Made by a program: the position numbers and the translations under genes. A stretch of 64,000 nucleotides of DNA from Phoronis australis. Its lineage: Eukaryota > Animalia > Phoronida. The stretch covers positions 395,121 through 459,120 of the forward strand of contig NMRA01000290.1 in assembly GCA_002633005.1 (NCBI GenBank), in the 5' to 3' direction. A model generated the notes under the pieces. That model had not been told where the DNA came from. It did no database searches and saw only the letters and a list, made by a program, of their open reading frames with translations. Of the stretch, positions 38,441 through 64,000 are shown in pieces; position 1 is the stretch's first letter; every line of letters starts with the position of its first letter.

Positions 38441-40686
38441 TTATGTCATGTCACTGCAGGCATGGTGTCCATTTAGAAACCCAAATAATTCTGCCAAGGA
38501 CTCCCATATTGACCGGGTAAAATACTCAAGCCAGTGGTATAGAAGGATATGCTGCTCAACTGTGAAGTCTGTACGTTAACATTACTAGCAGATTTACTGG
38601 TATGTAGGCATGGATCCAGGGGGTGTAGACTTCATGCATTGGAGGAATTTAAATCGCCCCGTATGTCTATCCTCTGGTTATGTTTCTAGATTTCCGCCAG
38701 TCCTGTTATTGTAATTTGTTGCCACTATTTTATCCTGTCATTTGTTTTTTTTTTCAGTGATGAATGGTGTTGGCTAAAATCTAACGAAGGGTAGATTTCT
38801 TAATGAAAAATTAGTTGTATTATAGTTTGTTTCTGTCAAAGTGATTTTACTAACACTACACCCCCACATACTCAGTAGGTTGACGTACCCCTTGGCAAGA
38901 ATTTAATGAATACTTTACAGACTTTGGATCTCATATACATAAGTAAAGTTATCAGGATGCTTCAAATTCAATTTTAGGGGGTTTTGTGTAGTTTTCTGAA
39001 ATATATTTCATATCGTTTGTATTCCCTGAGCATAAGTTATATTGAGTGTGGCAGTTCTACAGAAATGTCTCACTGACCCCTGACCCCATTTGACAAACAA
39101 CCCCTAAGAAGCATCCCATTTTAAAATTAAATGGATGGCAACCTGATATTTTTCCCAGTACCTCTGAAGTTACTCTTTAACTCAGACTCAAAGCAACTTA
39201 TTTTCAGCCACGATTTGGGGAATAGATTTTTTAACCAAAGGAACCCCATGTGGCCTCATCAACTTTGCTCTTGGGTTCAGGTTTTCTCTTATTGGAATCT
39301 TGTTTTATTGAACTTTGTGCCTAACATGATCTGTATTTACAATAAACGTTCTTTACTTCAAGAAAACAAAAGTTTGGTGTTTTTGTCCTATGGTTGACTC
39401 CTAGAAGAGACATGTTGCATGTCACTGAAATTCACATGGACTGACTGAGAGTAAAAATACTCAGTTTTGTCAAAAGTATTTTTATAAAGGCATTTTATTA
39501 ATGGAATTAAATTTACTTTACTAATGAGAGGAGTGTCTCCAAAAATGAATATTTTGATAATTCATCTCTCAGTTTTTATTAAAGCTGGTCCACAGGATAA
39601 TTTGCATTTTTGTTTATTTATATTATTGTATTGGTTTGGCTTTGAGTTTTGACAGGTCAGTCCTTAGATCGAAATGTACATTTTTAAATTCTTGCAGTTG
39701 GATTATAATTTGAACTGAGAAGTACTAAGGCATGAATTTAGCTATGTGGAAAATATTATGAGTTTCCACTATACAGTTTTTGTCCAAACATCAGGTAAGT
39801 TTACATGAGAAGTCCAAAAACTAGCACCTGCAGGCTCAGTACTCATTTTGAAACGTGTGCCCTCACTATGCACATAAAAAGAAGGTTCCCAACACATTTC
39901 AGATAGCGTTAGGTGATTTTTTTGAAACTATAGAAATTAAAACATGTTGCACGAATTTTCAAAAAAAAAACAAACTAATGCTATTTTCTTTGGCCTTGTC
40001 AGCTCTGAACCATTCATCATGAACTTTTACCCAGTCTCTCACCTTCGTATTTAATTGCGGCACTTCTGACTGGAGACGCTTCCTTTTAGGAGGTAACTTC
40101 GAGTCAAATTCAGTAACCAGTTTTCCTCGTCTCCTTAGTGAACCGCATGCAACACGTTTTTCATAGGTTGCACTTTTCTGAAATACCACATTTTCTCTCG
40201 AGCGCACAATGGCCGGGTACTTGGGTCAGACGGGGTTCTATGGTCGGTGATGATCTGGTGCCACATCTCTCAGTCTGCGCACTAACTACACCGTGACGGG
40301 GAAAAGGTATGGGGTCACTTTGTTTGCAGCGCATGGATATGCCTAAGCCAATTTGTGATCTTCGATAGAAAATTTTATTCTGAGGTTGCATATTTCACTA
40401 ATAACGCGCTCTGAGTCATTTGCAACCTGTGTTCAACATGCGGTCAGGTAACCGTGGTGCCAATTTGAATAGATACCCTTTCCGCTTTCTGTACTTGAAA
40501 GCTGATACAAGGCAAATTGCAACGCAAAGTAATTCATGTAAAGGCACTCTTTATGCTTCATTTTAGCTAAAAGCTTTATAAAATGGATTTTTACTCAAGC
40601 TAGTTAACGAACCCGTGGCCAAGGGGTTCGATAGATCCCCCGGCGGAACAGGATCAACCCTAACCCGCTTCTCGCTACAATATTAA

Positions 40687-41940
40687 AGGCGAAAGCAACC
40701 TTTTTCATGTCACTTTTAGCAAAAATAAGGTTCGTTGATTATCCCAGACACATTGTTCACTTAATTACAGCTTTTCGTAATTTGATTAATTTCTCGTCCT
40801 CTACTCCGGAAGTGACGTTTTGGGAGGAAAGTTTCGCGCCATAGTCTGACTGTGAGAGCTGTCGAGTCAGCCCATTGTTCTACCTCGGTTGTGATAAGTT
40901 CGGTCGTCGTTTGCTTTTGTTTACAAGTCAGTCAACATGCCACGTTGTTGCTGCGAGCCGGGATGTGTACTCATTATCGTCTCATACGCGCTTTGGGTAC
41001 TTTGCGTCGCTTTTCGAAGGATGACACACTTCGCCGTACTATACTTGGATAGCTCGTTCATATGAAGAACGCAGCGCTACCCGTCCGCGCAACGTACAAA
41101 GCAGTGGGGGGTTACCGAGTGTATGGCAAGCATTTTCTGCCGTCAGATTATGAGAGAGATATTTACGCTGAATTGACGGTCATTGTCCCAGCGAAACAAC
41201 GCCTGAAGAAGGGTACCATACCCGGTCGCTGTCGGCCATTCCCGGCAGTGCCCCGTCGCCAACCCCGAGAAGTGCGTTTTTGAAGCGAGAAGCCTCGCGA
41301 ACTGTGGCCACTACATACAGTGACTGGAGGCACTTCATCTACTGTCACCCGTGCCTCCGAACGTACCCCACCGCGTGCAATTCCGGGAACTAGCAGTGAT
41401 TCGTCCTGTGCTTACGGTTGTCTCTAGCCCAGAGCCTGTAAGCAGCCCTGCAGCGATGTTGAGTAGTGGGAGTGAATACAGGCCCCGTTCTACACCCAGT
41501 GAAGAGGACAGTTCGTCATCCAATGAACAGATCGGTGAGCCTAAGTTTGATAAGTTTATTGTGGACTTGTATTGGAGCTATTTGGAAGGTGCCAGGTGCG
41601 TGGCGAGGGAGTCACACGGCACAGTTTGGGTGCTCAGATCACCCTCCAGTGGGAGTGTGTCGCGGGACACTCGCGGGCAAGTGGGACAGTTCTTCCTCTG
41701 TACGTGAGACGATAATGAGTACACCCCAGTACGCAGCAACAGTGTGGCATGTTGACGACCGAACTTATCACAACCGAGGTAGAACAATGACTAACTCGAC
41801 TGCTCTCACAGTCAATTCCAGAGTAGACGACGAGTAATTAATTAAATTACGAAAAGTAGTAAATAAGTGAAAAATATGTCTGGGATAATCAACGAACCTT
41901 ATTTTGCTAAAAATGACATGAAAAAAGGTTGCCTTCGCCT
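40687..41940 (+). mobile_element. Kolobok-like DNA transposon derivative with TTAA TSD, long TIRs and a decayed THAP-domain transposase 5' portion
   Basis: TTAA|AGGCGAAAGCAACC ... GGTTGCCTTCGCCT|TTAA (TSD 40683-40686 and 41941-41944). From ATG 40937, interrupted frames give MPRCCCEPGC..LRRFSKDDTLRR..YRVYGKHFLPSDYE..RLKKGTIP (THAP), then KFIV and ECVAGH..KWDSS. TTAA TSD, AG..CT ends and THAP fit Kolobok. Confidence 0.82.
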
Positions 41941-44504
41941 TTAAGCGCGACTGTACGAACTCGTCATGAACAATTGTACGGCGTCACATTCAGGGTGAAG
42001 GTTTCAGTGTATTATTGTCGTCAAATAACACAAACACGAGAAAAGAAGTGAAAATATCCCAGTACTTTACATAAAGCAGTTTTATAATTAAAAGTGACAC
42101 CTCATGACTTTGCTCAGCGATCTGTTTCCAGCAAAGGTCTACTGTTATCTGAGAAACCGGAGCCCATTAATAGCTCTCTGATGTCTCGAAAAGGAGTTGG
42201 TCCGACCATAATTTCCCGCAAAGGAATGGCGTACGCAATAGCCTAAGAAAACGGCAGGTCAGCGCCGTCTTTTTTGTGGTCGATCCCCGAGATATTGAGA
42301 GCCCCCCCCCCTCTTAGTGGAGTCATCCGTGTTGCTCGCCGGTTCCCTGCGCATATAGGTAGTCGGTAGCCAGCACACTGGCTCGGCACGTAACCAGCGA
42401 GCCCGTGTTGAAGCATGCTGAGCATGCGCTTTTCAACAAACAATTCTGGTACTAGGTGCAACTTATTCCATGATTATGGTTACATTTCACATTTGATTTC
42501 AAATTTCGGTGTATTTTCAAATTTATGTAGAATACTTACACCCCTTGAATTTCCGACGCAGCAGGTCAAAAACACTCTTTAAAAACAAACCGCTTTTGTA
42601 TAGATTCTTGTCACTGTAAGGACTGTTACGAGACCGATTTTATAAGACTTTAAAAAGACAAAATTTGATTTTAGCCACCTGAAGAGGACGAAATGCAGCT
42701 TCTGAAGCTCATGCATGGGTCTCATATTCCTTACGGTGATAGGCTCGGGCTCCATTACCAACAAGAACATTGAAACAATCAGCGACTCCGCAAGAAAACA
42801 TCTATTGGGGTAGACCAACCTTAAAATCGCAAATTCGAAAGTGATGTATGCCGCAGTCTAGCGCAGTTGAGTGTGACTTGTGTTACTGGCTCACTCAGCA
42901 ACAATTCAAGTTAGTAAGTAAATTAAGTAATTAAAATGCTTGTTTTACATCGGATACAGGAAAATACAAAACATCAGCACAAGTGATAGTTACCGATAAA
43001 CTACGATAAGTATATAGAAAGATGCAGTAGATGAGATATGTACAACCTGGCAGTAATATACATTGGTCCTAGGTACAACCAAACATATACAATCACAGTG
43101 ATATCTTACTTCACTTATCAAAAGACATAATAACTCTGACAGGTGTAGGCCTATCCATGTTTAAAAAAACTTGACAGTCTACTCAGTACTGAAAGTTATT
43201 ATTTCAGTACAACAACACAGTTCGTAACCTGGTTCTACAACTCCCTGTTGTTTAATGTCCCATAAGTTGTCGTATTGGGCCTTGTAACCGTCATAGGATC
43301 CCTCTGACATTATAAGGCAGATTCCGACCGGAGTCTTAATTGTTTGGTTTTAGTAGTTTGCAGTTTATCAATGCTGTTTCTGTAGTATGGTGTAGTATGC
43401 AGCTCGTGTCTAACACTGTTATGTCGCCCTGATCCTGTCCAATAAATCGCAATATAGGCTAGTGAATGGTGTTGATTACAATAGAGTAAGCTTCAACACT
43501 GGCAGCTACAAGGACGAAATGTCCCATAAACTTTCAGTTTTCATTTTAATGAAATCTTTTTAAATACTGTGAATTGCTCCAGCGCAAGGGTTGGCGTGTA
43601 GGTGTAGATTGTCTTGAATTCACAATGAGGTCTGAGAACATTGACCTATGCCGATTGTTGTGGTACATTGATACAAAGAGCAATTACCCGGCCTCAGCCC
43701 TGGTTTGCGCTGTCAATTTTAAAATTATTCTCCATCTCACATAGAAAATTCACTATCCGACAACAAAATCCTCTGACAATGGATGTGATTACAACAAAAA
43801 AAATCACATTATTTTTTACTTCTTTATTTACTTAATTCACACACGAACAGGAGATTTATAGGACAAATACAAAACACCAGGCAATTAAAGTTGAAGTGCA
43901 AAAGCATGAACGCCTATGAGAGTCAGATGGTATATTAAAAAGTAAGAAACAGGGATTACGCAAAAAGTCAACGATTTTGGTTTCGTCGTAGTCTATAAAA
44001 TTGACCGAAAACAATAAACAGTAAAAAATACCTCAGGTTAAAATAAGCTAGGTTGCTTATTGACGATGTCCTTGCGGCTTAGTCACTGCGGGATGATTGA
44101 ACAATGAGATAGAATGTTTCTTTGTTTGTGAAAATCTGCCAAAACTACACATTTGTGCCGAACTAGTGTGCCTACATCGAAGGTACTGACTGACAAAGCC
44201 ACAGGACTGGTTGTAAGTTATTCGTTAAAATACATCTGCAAAATTGAAAGCCGATCAAATACGCCCCGGTCAAAGATAAGATGGTAGCCAGCCTACACAT
44301 ACAGTTCACAAATACTCAAAGCCAATACGGGTAATCTTCCTCTCTTCCTATTCTGCACGGAAATGATGAACGAAGCGCCGCGGACCGTGACTCCAAAGCC
44401 AAAGAGTACATACCTGTCCCGGCGCCGGGCACGTACTCCTTGACGTATGTATCTGTGTATTATCCATTTATAACTATGATCTAGTTTTTACCTCACGTAA
44501 CCTT

Positions 44505-44884
44505 TGACACGGAAGTTGTGAGACTACATGGACTGGTGTTGTACACCCTTCACATGTTTATGTGGCAAAATATCCAATAAATAGTTCAGTCACAAATTTT
44601 AAGTTATGCCATTAAATTTTACAATTTCACGCTTTAGTCTCATAAAAATGTATGAGTGGAATTTTTTTATACCAGATATTCTTAGCTGTTTTCCGTAAAC
44701 ATGAAAAAACACATGTCACTGTTTGCCCAATAATCTACGACCTACTTTCTCTCACCGGTGGCGGCCATCTTGGAATTCGTGAAGAGAAAGTCGGCGACGA
44801 AGCCACCGGTTAATAAACAGAATTAAATTGAAAATAACCGGAATAGTGTAGTAATTTTCGGCCTTCAGGTCTCGTGAGTTCAAA
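44505..44884 (+). promoter_or_regulatory. CLTC promoter / 5' UTR region
   Basis: CGGAAGT (ETS-like) at about 44510, ACTACA at about 44524, pyrimidine tract at about 44742-44753, YY1-type GCGGCCATCTTGG at 44761-44773, just upstream of the ATG. Confidence 0.5.
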
Positions 44885-63833
<18,949 letters not shown>

Positions 63834-64000
63834 GTGGGTGAATAAGTGCGAGTGTCTTCTGTTCAGACACTGGTGGGAAAAGGTTTCCTTGGCAGGGATT
63901 GTGTGTAGCATGCCTTTCGTTAGAAACTGGTGTCACACAGTTGTGCTCATATCAGAGCCAACTTAGTAAGGGCAGTGATTTGCATCTGGGAAGAAGTGCA

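Noticed and set aside
40655-40666. Telomerase RNA template-like CAACCCTAACCC
   Set aside because: Short motif that occurs by chance or in repeats. It sits about 20 bp from a transposon insertion and I found no pseudoknot or H/ACA support.
42679-42705. Hammerhead-like core CTGAAGA-GGAC-GAAA
   Set aside because: Helices I and III cannot be formed from the flanks.
42690-42812. Possible selenocysteine read-through (KCSF-TGA-SSC) on the plus strand
   Set aside because: No recognisable selenoprotein family, no gene context and no SECIS identified.

Overview
Eukaryotic, intron-rich, AT-rich animal genomic DNA (style of a marine invertebrate draft assembly; species not determinable here). Four protein-coding genes were reconstructed by hand from GT-AG boundaries and frame continuity: a DUF1295 / steroid-5-alpha-reductase-like membrane protein (+, 2669-9588, exons 3-4 duplicated across a single N, probably a haplotype artefact); ACSF3-like malonyl-CoA synthetase (-, 13749-23083, 627 aa); a Nodulin-like/MCH1-type MFS transporter (+, 25061-38440, 461 aa, head-to-head with ACSF3, first two exons absent from the ORF track); and the first 27 coding exons of clathrin heavy chain (+, 44885 to beyond the window end). 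Introns and intergenic DNA hold many non-autonomous elements: a decayed THAP-bearing TTAA-flanked (Kolobok-like) transposon, CCGTA-ended Tc1/pogo-like elements, MITEs, a Penelope-like RT remnant, Helentron-like (HINE) elements carrying CTCF-like motifs, and a hierarchical GGGGTACGTACACTACA repeat array. No CRISPR, rRNA or intact tRNA is supported. Nothing here proves a new biological system. The best leads are the ACSF3/MFS bidirectional pair with M-box/CLEAR motifs, the CTCF-like array, the foldback THAP element, and the 19-bp motif array.
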